Origin: an uncultured Gammaproteobacteria bacterium
Lineage (GTDB): Bacteria; Pseudomonadota; Gammaproteobacteria; HyVt-429
Reading direction: 5' to 3'
DNA: 64,000 nt
NCBI GenBank assembly: GCA_947259975.1
Contig: CAMYOD010000077.1
Coordinates: forward strand, 8,473-72,472
Made by a program: the position numbers and the translations under genes. Position 1 is the stretch's first letter. Each line of letters begins with the position of its first letter. Below the pieces are notes generated by a model that saw nothing but the letters and a program-made list of their open reading frames with translations, was not told the DNA's origin and ran no database searches. Below are positions 31,131-41,353 of the stretch, one piece after another.

Positions 31131-32480
31131 ATGCCTGACAACGATCTCAAGACCATCCTGCTGCGCCGTTTTGTCGCCGGCAGCGCCTGGACCACGGTGG
31201 GCAAGCTGGGGGCCGGCATCGCGGTGCTGGGCGTCAACTTCACACTTGCCCGCCTGCTGACACCGGAGGCCTTCGGAGTTTATTTTCTGAGCCTGAGCGT
31301 GGTCCTGGTCGCGGCGGTGGCCGCGCAGTTCGGCATGGCGCGCGCCGTCGTGCGTCTGGTGGCGGAAGATATCGGTGCCAATCGACGCGCACAGGTGCGG
31401 GGCACGGTGTTCACCGCCCATGCCCTGGTCCTCATCCTGGCCGCGAGCCTGGGGGCGGTGTTCTATCTCGGTTTGGGAAAATGGCTGGCGAACACGGTGT
31501 TCGAAGCGCCGTTGATGGCGGGCCTGGTGGGGCTGATCGCGGTGTGGACAGTATTGGTCGCCTATCAGAACACTCTGGCGGAGACCTTCCGCGGTTTTCA
31601 CGACATTCGTTCCACGGTGCTGTTTGGCGGGCAGGGCGTCGGCCTGGTGTCACCGTTATTGACCCTCGTGGGCTTGATTCTGCTGTGGTTGGTTTGGCGT
31701 CGCGCCGACCTGGCCGATGTGGTGTCGATTGCCGTCGCGGCAACCGCCGTCAGCATCGGTGTCGGCATCGCGGCGTTGCGGCGACGTCTGCGTGATTATC
31801 CGCCGACGACCAGTATTGCGGTGGGCGCATTGCTCGCGCTGGGCTGGCCGCTGTGGTTGTCGACGCTGTTGATACTCACCTTCACTCAGGCCGATCTCTG
31901 GGTGCTCGGTGCCTTGCGCGGGGAGGCCGACGTGGCGGTCTACGGCGCGGCGGCCCAATTGGCCGCTCTGATGGCGTTGCCATTTGTGATCGTGCACGCT
32001 GCCACCCCCGCCTCGATCGCGGAGCTGTATGTGCAGGGCAAACGCCGTCAACTCGAAACTCTGTTGCGGGTATCGACCCTGTTTGCCACGTTGCCGGCCG
32101 CGGTACTGCTACTCGTATTCATGTTGTTCGGCGCCGAGATTATGAGCCTGCTCTATGGTGAGTACTATGCGGCCGGGGCGGGGATTCTCGCCATCCTTGC
32201 GGGTGGACACTTCATGAGTATCTGGACCGGGCCCAGCGGCATCGCCATGATGATGACGGGACATCAGGCCACCATGATGATCATCACCCTGCTGACCAGC
32301 GCGGCGACCCTGGGGCTGGCGATTCTGGTCGGGCGCAGCTACGGTGCGGTCGGTATTGCCTGGGTGTTTGCCGTCGGTTTCAGTGTGCAGAATCTATTGA
32401 TGTGGGTGGCGGCACGGGTGAAGATGGGCATCTGGACGCATGTCTCGCTGGCGCGCTTGTGGGCGTTGGCGCGCGCCTGA
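31131..32480 (+). CDS. Wzx-like polysaccharide flippase
   Basis: LARLLTPEAFGVY; about 12 TM segments; next to glycan-modifying genes. Confidence 0.85.
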   Translation: MPDNDLKTILLRRFVAGSAWTTVGKLGAGIAVLGVNFTLARLLTPEAFGVYFLSLSVVLVAAVAAQFGMARAVVRLVAEDIGANRRAQVRGTVFTAHALVLILAASLGAVFYLGLGKWLANTVFEAPLMAGLVGLIAVWTVLVAYQNTLAETFRGFHDIRSTVLFGGQGVGLVSPLLTLVGLILLWLVWRRADLADVVSIAVAATAVSIGVGIAALRRRLRDYPPTTSIAVGALLALGWPLWLSTLLILTFTQADLWVLGALRGEADVAVYGAAAQLAALMALPFVIVHAATPASIAELYVQGKRRQLETLLRVSTLFATLPAAVLLLVFMLFGAEIMSLLYGEYYAAGAGILAILAGGHFMSIWTGPSGIAMMMTGHQATMMIITLLTSAATLGLAILVGRSYGAVGIAWVFAVGFSVQNLLMWVAARVKMGIWTHVSLARLWALARA

Positions 32481-32537
32481 CAACGATGAAAATAACGATG
32501 CAAAGTTCACCGCGGAACAGACGCGTGGGGTCGAAGC

Positions 32538-33287
32538 GTGGCTGATCTCGGTATCCGCTATGCGGATCTCACGGTCAACGACCGTAACCCCATCAAGCGC
32601 ATGCTGCAGCGACGCCGGCTCGGCGACAGTCTGTTTGCGTTACGGTCGTGGTCTGACAAGCCCGATCTGCGGGTGCTCGATATCGGCTGTGGCGACGGCG
32701 AGCTGGCCAAGCTATTGGCCGCGCGCCTGAATCAACCGGCCATCACCTGCTACGAGCCGACGCAGGAGTTTCGCGAACAGGCCGAAGAGAATCTCGCCGG
32801 CCTCGAGCGGGTCAATCTAACCGGGGAACTCGCGCCCTTGCGCGGACAACACTTCGATCTGATTTTTTGTCTCGAGGTCATGGAACATCTGCCGGATGTG
32901 GAACTGGATGCCTTGTTAGCGGATGTGGACGATCTGCTGGCGCACGGCGGACAGCTGATCATCGGTGTGCCCAACGAACTCCACCTCGCCGCGCTCATCA
33001 AGGGTGCATTCCGCCTCGTGCGCCGCGCCGGCGACTACGATACGAAACCTCGCAATATCCTGCGCGCCATCATCGGGCGCCCGCCGAGCGACCGACCGGT
33101 GTTCCGGCTGGCCCATGGCGCCGCGTACCATCGCCGCCATATGGGGTTCGACCATCGCGCCCTGGCGCAGCGGCTGCGGCAGCGCTTCCATATCATCCGG
33201 CGTTACCCAAGTCCGTTACATTGGCTGCCGGTCACGTTGGGTTTCGAGGTCTATTTTCTCTGCGGCAAGCCGCGCGGTGGACAATAG
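32538..33287 (+). CDS. Class I SAM-dependent methyltransferase
   Basis: VLDIGCGDG, FDLIFCLEVMEHL. Confidence 0.85.
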   Translation: MADLGIRYADLTVNDRNPIKRMLQRRRLGDSLFALRSWSDKPDLRVLDIGCGDGELAKLLAARLNQPAITCYEPTQEFREQAEENLAGLERVNLTGELAPLRGQHFDLIFCLEVMEHLPDVELDALLADVDDLLAHGGQLIIGVPNELHLAALIKGAFRLVRRAGDYDTKPRNILRAIIGRPPSDRPVFRLAHGAAYHRRHMGFDHRALAQRLRQRFHIIRRYPSPLHWLPVTLGFEVYFLCGKPRGGQ

Positions 33288-33289
33288 AC

Positions 33290-34261
33290 ATGTCCGTCAC
33301 GCCGGTGTTCATATTTTCCCTGCCGCGCTGTGGCTCCACGCTCACCCAGCGCCTGTTGGCGGCGCGTGCGGAAGTGGCCACGTCCTCCGAGCCCTGGTTG
33401 TTATTGCCCCTGTTGTATGCACGCAGGGACGGCGGTGCCTACAGTGAGTACGGGCACTATCTGGCGGTCTCGGCCCTGCGGGATTTCTGTGCCGAATGCG
33501 ACGGCGGCGAAGCGGCCTATCAGCAGGCGCTGCGCAACTTCGTGCTCGATCTCTATGCCAAGGCGGCGGGGGAGGCGCGCTATTTCGTCGATAAGACGCC
33601 GCGCTATCACTTGATCGCCGAGGAAGTCATGCAGCTGTTTCCCGAGGCCAAGTGCATTTTTCTGTGGCGCCATCCCCTCGCCATGATCGCCTCCATGGTC
33701 GAGACCTTCGGCAAGGGGCGTTGGATGCTTTACGTGTTGAAGGTCGACCTGTTCGACGGCCTGGACAATCTGACGCGGGCGTTTGCGGCCGCGCCGCAAT
33801 CGGCACTCGGCGTGCGCTATGAGGATCTGGTGCAAACGCCGGAAGACGTGCTTGGGCGACTACTCGAGTATCTCGAACTGCCGGCGGATGCGGAACTCAG
33901 CCAGCGCTTCGCGGATACGGAGCTCAAGGGCACGTTAGGTGATCAGGCGGGCAGCCGCGCCTACCAGACCATCAGTGCCGAGCCGTTGCAGAAATGGACG
34001 GGGGTGCTCGGCAACCCGGTGCGTAAGCTCTGGTGTCGGCGCTACCTGCGCTGGATCGGTCGCGAACGGCTCGCCGCCATGGGCTATGACCTGGACGTGC
34101 TGTTGGCCGAGTTGCGCGCGGCCCCCTTCTCGCTGCGGTTTCTGGTCTCCGATATCGGTCAGCTCCTTTTCGCCTGGGTGTATGCCTGGGTGGAACCGGC
34201 GATGCTGCGCGACAAGTTCAGGAAACTGCCGCGCCTGTGGCGCGTCCACGGTCATCGTTGA
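33290..34261 (+). CDS. PAPS-dependent sulfotransferase (Sulfotransfer_3-like)
   Basis: PRCGSTL, FVDKTPRY, RHPLAMIAS, VRYEDLV; start at ATG 33290. Confidence 0.88.
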   Translation: MSVTPVFIFSLPRCGSTLTQRLLAARAEVATSSEPWLLLPLLYARRDGGAYSEYGHYLAVSALRDFCAECDGGEAAYQQALRNFVLDLYAKAAGEARYFVDKTPRYHLIAEEVMQLFPEAKCIFLWRHPLAMIASMVETFGKGRWMLYVLKVDLFDGLDNLTRAFAAAPQSALGVRYEDLVQTPEDVLGRLLEYLELPADAELSQRFADTELKGTLGDQAGSRAYQTISAEPLQKWTGVLGNPVRKLWCRRYLRWIGRERLAAMGYDLDVLLAELRAAPFSLRFLVSDIGQLLFAWVYAWVEPAMLRDKFRKLPRLWRVHGHR

Positions 34262-34279
34262 GACACGGCCCGCGGACCC

Positions 34280-35077
34280 ATGAAAATCTCCGTGATCACC
34301 GTGGTGCGCAACGCGGCGCACACCATCGAAGACACCCTGCGCTCGGTGGCCGCACAGACCCATGCGGATGTGGAGCACATCGTCATCGACGGCGGCTCCA
34401 GCGACGGCACCCTGGACATCATCGAGCGTTATCGCGACGGTCTTGCCATGGTGGTGTCGGAGCCGGACGATGGTATCTATGATGCCATGAACAAGGGTAT
34501 CGCGCGGGCCACCGGCGAGGTCATCGGCACCTTGAATGCGGACGATGTCTACGCCCACGACGGCGTGCTCGCGCGGGTCGCGGAAGTCTTCGCGGACGCA
34601 GCACTGGACGCGTGTTATGCGGATTTGCTGTACGTGGCGGCGGATAATCTCGATCGCATCGTGCGCTATTGGACCTCGCAAGCCTATCGGCCGGGCTTGT
34701 TTGAGCGTGGCTGGATCCCGGCGCATCCCACGTTCTTCGTGCGCAAGCGCGTCTATGACCGCTACGGTGCTTTTGATACCCAGTACAAGATCCAGTCCGA
34801 CTTCGAGCTCACCATGCGTTTTTTGCGCGTGCACCAGATACGGTCGATTTATCTGCCGGAGATTTTCGTGCGCATGCGTATGGGTGGGCGCACCAACCGG
34901 CGCGTAAGCGATGTTATCAAGGGCAATCTGGAATCCTATCGCGCCTGCCGCAAGCATAAGCTGGGCGTCAACCCGGTGACCTTCTTTGTCGCCAAGATCG
35001 CCTCGCGGATTCCGCAATTCTTCCAGCGGCCCGCGGCGTTAGATGTGTCCGGCTCGACTCAGTCCTTGAAGCGCTGA
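34280..35077 (+). CDS. GT2 glycosyltransferase (WcaE-like)
   Basis: [29 protein letters not shown]. Confidence 0.92.
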   Translation: MKISVITVVRNAAHTIEDTLRSVAAQTHADVEHIVIDGGSSDGTLDIIERYRDGLAMVVSEPDDGIYDAMNKGIARATGEVIGTLNADDVYAHDGVLARVAEVFADAALDACYADLLYVAADNLDRIVRYWTSQAYRPGLFERGWIPAHPTFFVRKRVYDRYGAFDTQYKIQSDFELTMRFLRVHQIRSIYLPEIFVRMRMGGRTNRRVSDVIKGNLESYRACRKHKLGVNPVTFFVAKIASRIPQFFQRPAALDVSGSTQSLKR

Positions 35078-36282
35078 AAGACCAGGGTGGCGTTGGTGCC
35101 GCCGAAGCCGAAGCTGTTCGACATCACGGTATTCAACCCCGCGTTATCCACTCGCGTACGGATGATGGGAAAATCCGTCGCCATCGGGTCCAGTTCCGTG
35201 ATGTTCGCCGAGGCGGTGATGAAGTCGCCGTCGAGCATGAGCAGGGAATAGATCGCCTCGTTGACGCCCGCCGCGCCGAGGGCGTGACCGGTCAGGGACT
35301 TGGTCGAACTGATCGGCGGGATGGCATCGCCGAAGGTGTCGCGCACTGCTTCCAGTTCCTTCATATCTCCGGCCGGCGTGCTGGTGCCGTGGGCATTAAT
35401 ATAGTCAATCGGTCCGTCCACGGTGGCCATGGCCTGTTGCATGCAGCGCACCGCGCCTTCACCCGATGGTTGCACCATATCGAAGCCGTCCGAGGTGGCG
35501 CCGTAACCCACCACCTCGGCAAGGATGCGCGCGCCGCGGGCGCGGGCGTGCTCGAGTTCCTCCAACACCAGCATGCCGCCACCGCCGGCAATCACGAAGC
35601 CGTCGCGGTGTGCGTCGTAGGCGCGGGAGGCCTCGGTCGGGGTTTCGTTGTACTTCGAGGACAGCGCGCCCATGGCATCGAACAAGACCGAAAGGGTCCA
35701 GTGCAGTTCTTCGCCGCCGCCGGCAAACACCATGTCCTGTTTGCCGAGTTGAATCAGCTCAAAGCCGTTGCCGATACAGTGCGCGCTGGTGGAACAGGCG
35801 GAGCTGATCGAATAGTTCACGCCCTTGATATGAAACGGCGTCGCCAGGCAGGCGGACACCGTACTCGACATGGTCCGTGTCACCATATAGGGACCGACTC
35901 TACGCACACCCTTTGCGCGCAGGACGTCGGCGGCCTGCACCGTGTTGGCGGTGGACGCGCCACCGGAACCGGCGATCAGACCGACTCTGGGATCGGAGAT
36001 TTGTTCCGCATCCAGGCCGGCATCGTCGATGGCCTGCTGCATGGCGATGTAGGCATAGGCGGCGGCGTCACCCATGAAGCGTCGCGCCTTGCGATCGATC
36101 AGCGCATCCAGATCGGCGCTGACGGCGCCATGAACGTGTGAACGAAAACCCAGGTCGGCATATTCCTCGGAAAACTCGATACCCGAACGCCCGTCATACA
36201 GGGCCTGGCGTACTTCACTTGCGTCGTTACCGATACTCGAGACAATACCCAGGCCGGTAACGACCACGCGACGTGTCGACAC
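35059..36282 (-). CDS. fabB: 3-oxoacyl-ACP synthase I
   Basis: [32 protein letters not shown]. Confidence 0.95.
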   Translation of the reverse strand: MSTRRVVVTGLGIVSSIGNDASEVRQALYDGRSGIEFSEEYADLGFRSHVHGAVSADLDALIDRKARRFMGDAAAYAYIAMQQAIDDAGLDAEQISDPRVGLIAGSGGASTANTVQAADVLRAKGVRRVGPYMVTRTMSSTVSACLATPFHIKGVNYSISSACSTSAHCIGNGFELIQLGKQDMVFAGGGEELHWTLSVLFDAMGALSSKYNETPTEASRAYDAHRDGFVIAGGGGMLVLEELEHARARGARILAEVVGYGATSDGFDMVQPSGEGAVRCMQQAMATVDGPIDYINAHGTSTPAGDMKELEAVRDTFGDAIPPISSTKSLTGHALGAAGVNEAIYSLLMLDGDFITASANITELDPMATDFPIIRTRVDNAGLNTVMSNSFGFGGTNATLVFQRFKD

Positions 36283-36284
36283 GA

Positions 36285-36794
36285 TCAGAAACCCTCGGTG
36301 GAAGTGAACAAACCAACTTGCAGGTCCGTCCCCTTGTAAATCTCCCGGCCATCGACTTCCATCACGGCGTCGCCGATGCCCATATACAATTTGCGCATGA
36401 TCACCCGCTTCATGTCTACCCGGTAGGTGATCAATTTATTGTTGGGCGTGACCTGGCCGGTGAATTTGATCTCGCCGGACCCCAGGGCGCGGCCGCGGCC
36501 GGGACCCCCGCGCCAGGCCAGATAGAAGCCAATCAGCTGCCACATGGCGTCCACACCCAGGCACCCGGGCATGACCGGATCCCCCTGAAAGTGACAATCG
36601 AAAAACCAGAGATCGGGCTTAATATCCAGCTCGGCGATGACCTGTCCCTTGTCGAATTGACCGCCGGATTCGCTGATCTCGGTGATGCGGTCGAACATCA
36701 GCATGGGCGGCAACGGCAGCTGCGCGTTGCCCGGTCCGAATAAGGTGCCGCGCCCACAGTCCAGAAGTTCTTCGCGCGTGAAACTTGTTTTCAT
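36285..36794 (-). CDS. fabA: 3-hydroxydecanoyl-ACP dehydratase/isomerase
   Basis: [25 protein letters not shown]. Confidence 0.96.
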   Translation of the reverse strand: MKTSFTREELLDCGRGTLFGPGNAQLPLPPMLMFDRITEISESGGQFDKGQVIAELDIKPDLWFFDCHFQGDPVMPGCLGVDAMWQLIGFYLAWRGGPGRGRALGSGEIKFTGQVTPNNKLITYRVDMKRVIMRKLYMGIGDAVMEVDGREIYKGTDLQVGLFTSTEGF

Positions 36795-37087
36795 TGTCGT
36801 GTTCGTGAATGGTGTGCGGCTCGCGACTATACCGACCGTGATCGAGGAGGGTCAACCTACGGTTAACCGGCTTTATTGTTTACCCGCGATGGATTCCCTG
36901 GTTCGCGGCCTGCATTATAACACCGGCGTGCGGTGTCGCCAGGCGCCATATGAGACACCATGTTGAGCGGCGCAATGCGCGGATTTTTGTACAACAGCAC
37001 CATCTTATGGAATACTTTGTGCCACATCGCCACGAGTCGCCGATAACTCAGTGGCGCGAATGTATAAATAGAATCAGGGGTTCGTCA

Positions 37088-37558
37088 ATGAGCGAGGAAA
37101 GCGAACGCGCGAAGGATCGACGCAAGGGTACGCGGGAGGTCATCGATAAGCTCACCAATGAGCGCACCGAGATGCTCGTCTTGTTTTGCCGTGTCGCGGG
37201 TCTCGAGCCCTATACATCGGACAAGCCGGTCGAATCCCTGCTGCAGGAGTTTTGCCAGGTGCTGGTGGACTATATCGCCGCGGGTCATTTTTCCCTCTAT
37301 GAACGCATCATCAACGGTAAGGAACGGCGCCAGGGGTTGGTGGATCTGGCGGAGAAACTGTATCCACGCATCGCCAAGACCACCGATGCGGTTTTGACGT
37401 TTAATGACAAATACGATACGCCGGAGAAGAATGCGGTATTGAGTGAGCTGTCCGACGATCTATCCGATCTGGGTCAGCAACTGGCCATCCGCGTGGACCT
37501 GGAAGACCGCCTGCTCGAAGTAATGAAACCGCAGGAACGACCCGCCGCGGCGGACTAG
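37088..37558 (+). CDS. rsd: Regulator of sigma D (Rsd/AlgQ)
   Basis: FCQVLVDYIAAGHFSLYE, FNDKY, LEDRL. Confidence 0.9.
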   Translation: MSEESERAKDRRKGTREVIDKLTNERTEMLVLFCRVAGLEPYTSDKPVESLLQEFCQVLVDYIAAGHFSLYERIINGKERRQGLVDLAEKLYPRIAKTTDAVLTFNDKYDTPEKNAVLSELSDDLSDLGQQLAIRVDLEDRLLEVMKPQERPAAAD

Positions 37559-38550
37559 CCGCCGGTATAGGACATGAAGCGAACGATTTTTTCCGGCTGT
37601 TCGCGAAACTCGTGACGCTCCGGTTTTTTCGCGATTGCCGCCGTTAATACCTCCCCTAAATCCATATCCGAAATACCGGCGCGCAACAGCGGCCGCAGGG
37701 CAACGCTGTTTTCCTGCCCGAGACAGAGATACAGCGTACCGTCCACCGCCAGACGCACCCGGTTGCAGGTTTCGCAGAAGTGTTGCGAGATGGGGGTGAT
37801 AAAACCGATGCGTAAATCCGTATTGCGCACCTGCAGGTAGCGCGCCGGACCCCCGCCCGGCATTACCGCGGGCACGAGATCAAACTCTTGTGCTAGTTGT
37901 TCGCGCACCTCGCTCAGATCCAGATAGTGGTCCACCGCATGGCGTCCGGTATCGCCCACCGGCATGGTCTCGATCAGGCGCAGGGTAAACCCGTGTCCGA
38001 TACAGAAGCGCACCATGTCCGGAATCTCATTATCATTGATGCCTTTCATCGCCACCATATTGATCTTGATAGGCGCAAACCCCGCGGCCTTCGCCGCCAT
38101 CAGACCTTCGAGCACCTTGGGAAGTCGCCCGGTACCGGTGATCTCCATAAAGCGATCCGCGCGCAATGAGTCCAGGCTGACATTGATGCGCGACACGCCG
38201 GCGGCCTTGAGGGCGATTGCATGTTTCTTGAGTTGATTCGCGTTGGTGCTGAGGGACAGATCCTCGATGCCGGGTACCGCATGCAGGCGGGCGGCGAGTT
38301 GACTCAGCCTGCGCCGGGCCAGGGGTTCGCCGCCGGTGATGCGGATACGCCGCACGCCCAGGGAAGCAAATGCGCGCACCACCTGTTCGATCTCGTCGAA
38401 GGTCAGCCAATGCGCAGGTTCTGCAAAGTCGCGATGATCCTGCGGCAGGCAGTAACTGCAGCGGAAATCGCAGCGGTCGGTGACCGACAGACGCAGGTAG
38501 CTGATCCGGCGATTGAAGGGATCGATGAGATGGCGACTCATGGACGCCAT
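37555..38550 (-). CDS. moaA: GTP 3',8-cyclase MoaA
   Basis: CDFRCSYC, TGGEP, CETCNRVRL, C-terminal GG; the 568-aa ORF-track start is over-extended. Confidence 0.95.
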   Translation of the reverse strand: MASMSRHLIDPFNRRISYLRLSVTDRCDFRCSYCLPQDHRDFAEPAHWLTFDEIEQVVRAFASLGVRRIRITGGEPLARRRLSQLAARLHAVPGIEDLSLSTNANQLKKHAIALKAAGVSRINVSLDSLRADRFMEITGTGRLPKVLEGLMAAKAAGFAPIKINMVAMKGINDNEIPDMVRFCIGHGFTLRLIETMPVGDTGRHAVDHYLDLSEVREQLAQEFDLVPAVMPGGGPARYLQVRNTDLRIGFITPISQHFCETCNRVRLAVDGTLYLCLGQENSVALRPLLRAGISDMDLGEVLTAAIAKKPERHEFREQPEKIVRFMSYTGG

Positions 38551-38639
38551 TCTACCCCCCTTTATTCGTCGGGTGGGAGCAAGCGAATTTGGCGTCGCGA
38601 CCGGCCGTGCTGATTGCTGGGCGGACAGGGGCGGCAGCG

Positions 38640-39395
38640 TTACTCCTGATGCGCCGCGAAGGCCTGGCCGGTGGTGCCGTGGCTGTCGGGACCCATTAAA
38701 TAAAGGTAGGCGGGGATGACACTCTCCGGCAGGGGCAGGGCAGCAGGGTCCTCGCCCGGGTAGGCGCGCGCACGCAGGGCGGTGCGCACCGGGCCCGGAT
38801 CGAGACTGTTGACCCGAATCGAGGTACTGCCCGCGAGTTCCGCGGCGAAGGTCTGCATCAGGCCTTCCACGGCGAAGCCGCACACGCCGTAGGCACCCCA
38901 GTAGGGACGCGCGGCGCGCGCCACGTCGGCGCTGGTGAATACCACCGAGGCATCCTGCGACTGGCGCAGCAGCCCAAGGCAGGCGCGCGTGAGCAAAAAC
39001 GGCGCAATCAGGTTTACCTGCATGACCTCGCCCCACACGCCCAGGTCGTAGAGTTCCAGCGGCGCCAGCACGCCGAGTTCCGCGGCGTTGTGCAGAATCC
39101 CGTCGAGGCGGCCGAACTCCTGGCTGATCTTCTGTGCCACCTGCTGATAGTTCTCGGACGTGGCCTTGGCCAGATCCAGCGGCATGAGGGCCGGCTGCGG
39201 CCAGTCGCTGGATTCGATTTCGTCGTAGACTCGTTCTAATTTGGCCTGTTTGCGGTCGCACAAGACCACCGTGGCGCCATGCTCGGCGTAGGCCAGCGCG
39301 GCGGCGCGGCCGATGCCGCCCGCGGCCCCGGTGATCAGGACCACCCGATCGGCCAGGAGATCGGCGGGGGCGGTGTATTTAAGGAGTGCTTCCAT
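38640..39395 (-). CDS. yciK: YciK-family short-chain dehydrogenase
   Basis: TGAAGGIG, LHNAAELG, YWGAY, RTALRARAYPGEDP. Confidence 0.88.
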   Translation of the reverse strand: MEALLKYTAPADLLADRVVLITGAAGGIGRAAALAYAEHGATVVLCDRKQAKLERVYDEIESSDWPQPALMPLDLAKATSENYQQVAQKISQEFGRLDGILHNAAELGVLAPLELYDLGVWGEVMQVNLIAPFLLTRACLGLLRQSQDASVVFTSADVARAARPYWGAYGVCGFAVEGLMQTFAAELAGSTSIRVNSLDPGPVRTALRARAYPGEDPAALPLPESVIPAYLYLMGPDSHGTTGQAFAAHQE

Positions 39396-39482
39396 AGGCT
39401 GTGGGAGCCGGGATTCTACAGAATTACCGGGTGAATTGCCTAAAAAACCCGCCTGTACGGCGTTTCCGGCGGCTATTTACGA

Positions 39483-39529
39483 TTCTGTGACGCAGTTCAC
39501 AGAACATTCCCCCACCCTCACCTATAAAT
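39483..39529 (+). promoter_or_regulatory. CRP-type box and -10 element (class II-like spacing)
   Basis: ttcTGTGA-cgcagt-TCACAgaa with perfect 8-bp arms; TATAAA at 39523-39528. Confidence 0.65.
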
Positions 39530-39534
39530 AAGAC

Positions 39535-39684
39535 AGCAACAGGGGGTCCGTGCCGGTGGGGTTCCAAAGAGAACCCAGCCTAAGTCACCCGAGGGGGGAG
39601 TGACGCAGTTTGGGAAAAAAGACGCCAGAAGGACTTGGCCTGAATACCGAAACCGGGTCAGATGATGTCTGGCCCGGTTTTTTT
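39535..39684 (+). ncRNA. Candidate small RNA (~150 nt)
   Basis: Lies between the CRP-type promoter and an intrinsic terminator; internal hairpins; no convincing ORF. Confidence 0.5.
39650..39684 (+). terminator. Rho-independent terminator
   Basis: aaaccgggtcaga-tgatg-tctggcccggttt followed by tttt. Confidence 0.8.
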
Positions 39685-39719
39685 GTGCCTGCGCACGACC
39701 TCTGTGTCTAAGGTAAGAC

Positions 39720-39771
39720 GGTGTCAGAGAACAATTACTTCTTGTATAAGCGTTCATTGTTCTCTGTCCCT
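39720..39771. repeat. Short inverted repeat with GG(T/G)G(T/A)CAGAG-like termini
   Basis: ggtgtCAGAGAACAAT-20 nt-ATTGTTCTCTGtccct. Confidence 0.6.
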
Positions 39772-40022
39772 GACATTAGCCACGCCTGCATCAGCTGTTT
39801 GATCTGTGACTGATAGCGCAGACCCTGCAGTTCGCATTTTTTGCGGAATGCCGCCAGCAACGGTTCGGGAACTCTGAGATCGATACCTTTCAACTTAGCG
39901 GTAGGTGCATTCAGTAGACGAAAGTTTTCGAGATATTCGAGAATCTGTTCAGTCGACATCTTGCGGCATTGCGCAAGATACTCGTCGCTGAAATATTGTA
40001 TCGGACGGGCCGGACGTTCCAT
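39735..40022 (-). CDS. Orphan BrnA/CopG-like (RHH) antitoxin-like protein
   Basis: IDLRVPEPLLAAFRKKCELQGLRYQSQIKQLM; no toxin gene adjacent. Confidence 0.65.
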   Translation of the reverse strand: MERPARPIQYFSDEYLAQCRKMSTEQILEYLENFRLLNAPTAKLKGIDLRVPEPLLAAFRKKCELQGLRYQSQIKQLMQAWLMSGTENNERLYKK

Positions 40023-40096
40023 TTGATCACCCTCAAAAGCTGGTTATCGTCAAGGACTGGAGCGTTGCACCCGCGGTTGATCGCACACTCTAACCG

Positions 40097-41353
40097 TCAG
40101 TTCTCGCCCGAGCCGCTGCTCAACTCCCGTACGCCCTTTTCGATCTGATCCGGCTCCACCGGTTCCTTCTTCGCCGACAGCCCAAGTTCACTGAACTTGC
40201 GCACGCCGGGCAGTACCTTGGCATCGAATGACCCGACCGCCTTGTTGAAGTGACCGACGCTGGCATCCAGGCTCTTGCCGAGGCGCGCCAGGTGCTCGGC
40301 AAAGGTATTGAGCCGGTCGAACAGGGCCTCGCCGATTTCCTGGATTTTCTCCGCGTTCGCCGCCAGTGACTCCTGGCGCCAGCCGTAACCGATGGCGCGC
40401 AGCAGGGCGACGAAGCTGGTGGGCGTGGCGAGTATCACCTTTTGGCGCAAGGCGTCTTCCAGCAGCGTACGGTTGGTGTCCAGGGCGGCGCTTAAAAACT
40501 GATCGCCGGGGATGAACAAGACGACGAAATCCGGCGCGTGTTTGAATTGTTGCCAGTAGGCCTTGCTCGCCAGCCCGCGCACCCGCTCGGCGACGTTGCG
40601 GGCATGGCGTTGCAGGTGCTGCTCGCGGGTGGCGTCATCGGGCGCTTCCACCGCACTCAGATACGCATCCAGCGGCGTCTTCGCGTCCACCACCACTTCG
40701 CGGCTGCCGGGCATGCGCACCACCATGTCCGGGCGCAGGGCGCCGTCTTCGGTGCGTACCTGTTCCTGTTCGTAGAAATCGCAGTGCTCGACCATGCCGG
40801 CGAGTTCGGCGAGCCGCTTCAAGGTCATCTCGCCCCATTGGCCGCGTACCTCGGGGCGGCGCAGGGCCTGCACCAGGTTGCGGGTCTCGCTTTGCAAGGT
40901 CTGCTGATTCTGGGCCATGGTTTCCAGATGTTTGTGCAGCGCGCCGTAAGCGGCCTGACGTTCCTTTTCCATGTGCCGCACCTGCTGCTCGGTTTTCTCC
41001 AGCGCCTCCTTGATCGGGCGCACCAGGCCTTCCACCGCCTGTTCGCGGGCCGCCAGTTCGCCCTTGGCCTGGGTGTGGAACTGGCGCATGGATTCATGGG
41101 CCAGTTGCAGGAAGGCCTCGTTGTTCTGGCGCAGGGCATTCATGGACAGCGCGGCAAACTCGTTGTCCATGGCGGCGAGTTTCTCGGTGGTCATGCGCCG
41201 CTCGATCTCCATTTGGGTTTCCAGCGCGGTGATGCGTTTTTGTTTGATGAGGTAGGCGATCAGCCAACCGAGCAGGCCGGCCAGAAGCGCGACGACGGCG
41301 AGCAGGATCAGGTAGGGCGTATCCAGGTTGAGTGTGTAGTGCAGATCAGGCAT
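40097..41353 (-). CDS. rmuC: DNA recombination protein RmuC
   Basis: RGQWGEMTL, RPDMVV, VVDAK, PDFVVLFIPG. Confidence 0.92.
   Translation of the reverse strand: MPDLHYTLNLDTPYLILLAVVALLAGLLGWLIAYLIKQKRITALETQMEIERRMTTEKLAAMDNEFAALSMNALRQNNEAFLQLAHESMRQFHTQAKGELAAREQAVEGLVRPIKEALEKTEQQVRHMEKERQAAYGALHKHLETMAQNQQTLQSETRNLVQALRRPEVRGQWGEMTLKRLAELAGMVEHCDFYEQEQVRTEDGALRPDMVVRMPGSREVVVDAKTPLDAYLSAVEAPDDATREQHLQRHARNVAERVRGLASKAYWQQFKHAPDFVVLFIPGDQFLSAALDTNRTLLEDALRQKVILATPTSFVALLRAIGYGWRQESLAANAEKIQEIGEALFDRLNTFAEHLARLGKSLDASVGHFNKAVGSFDAKVLPGVRKFSELGLSAKKEPVEPDQIEKGVRELSSGSGEN

Noticed and set aside
32867..33289. Long N-terminal extension of the sulfotransferase
   Set aside because: It overlaps the methyltransferase gene; the likely start is ATG 33290, just after its stop.
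37555..39261. 568-aa ORF suggesting an N-terminally extended MoaA
   Set aside because: The extension overlaps yciK in another frame and has no recognisable features; MoaA homology starts near 38550.
39535..39684. Moco riboswitch upstream of yciK-moaA
   Set aside because: Promoter and terminator point to the plus strand, away from moaA, and I see no match to Moco RNA motif features.
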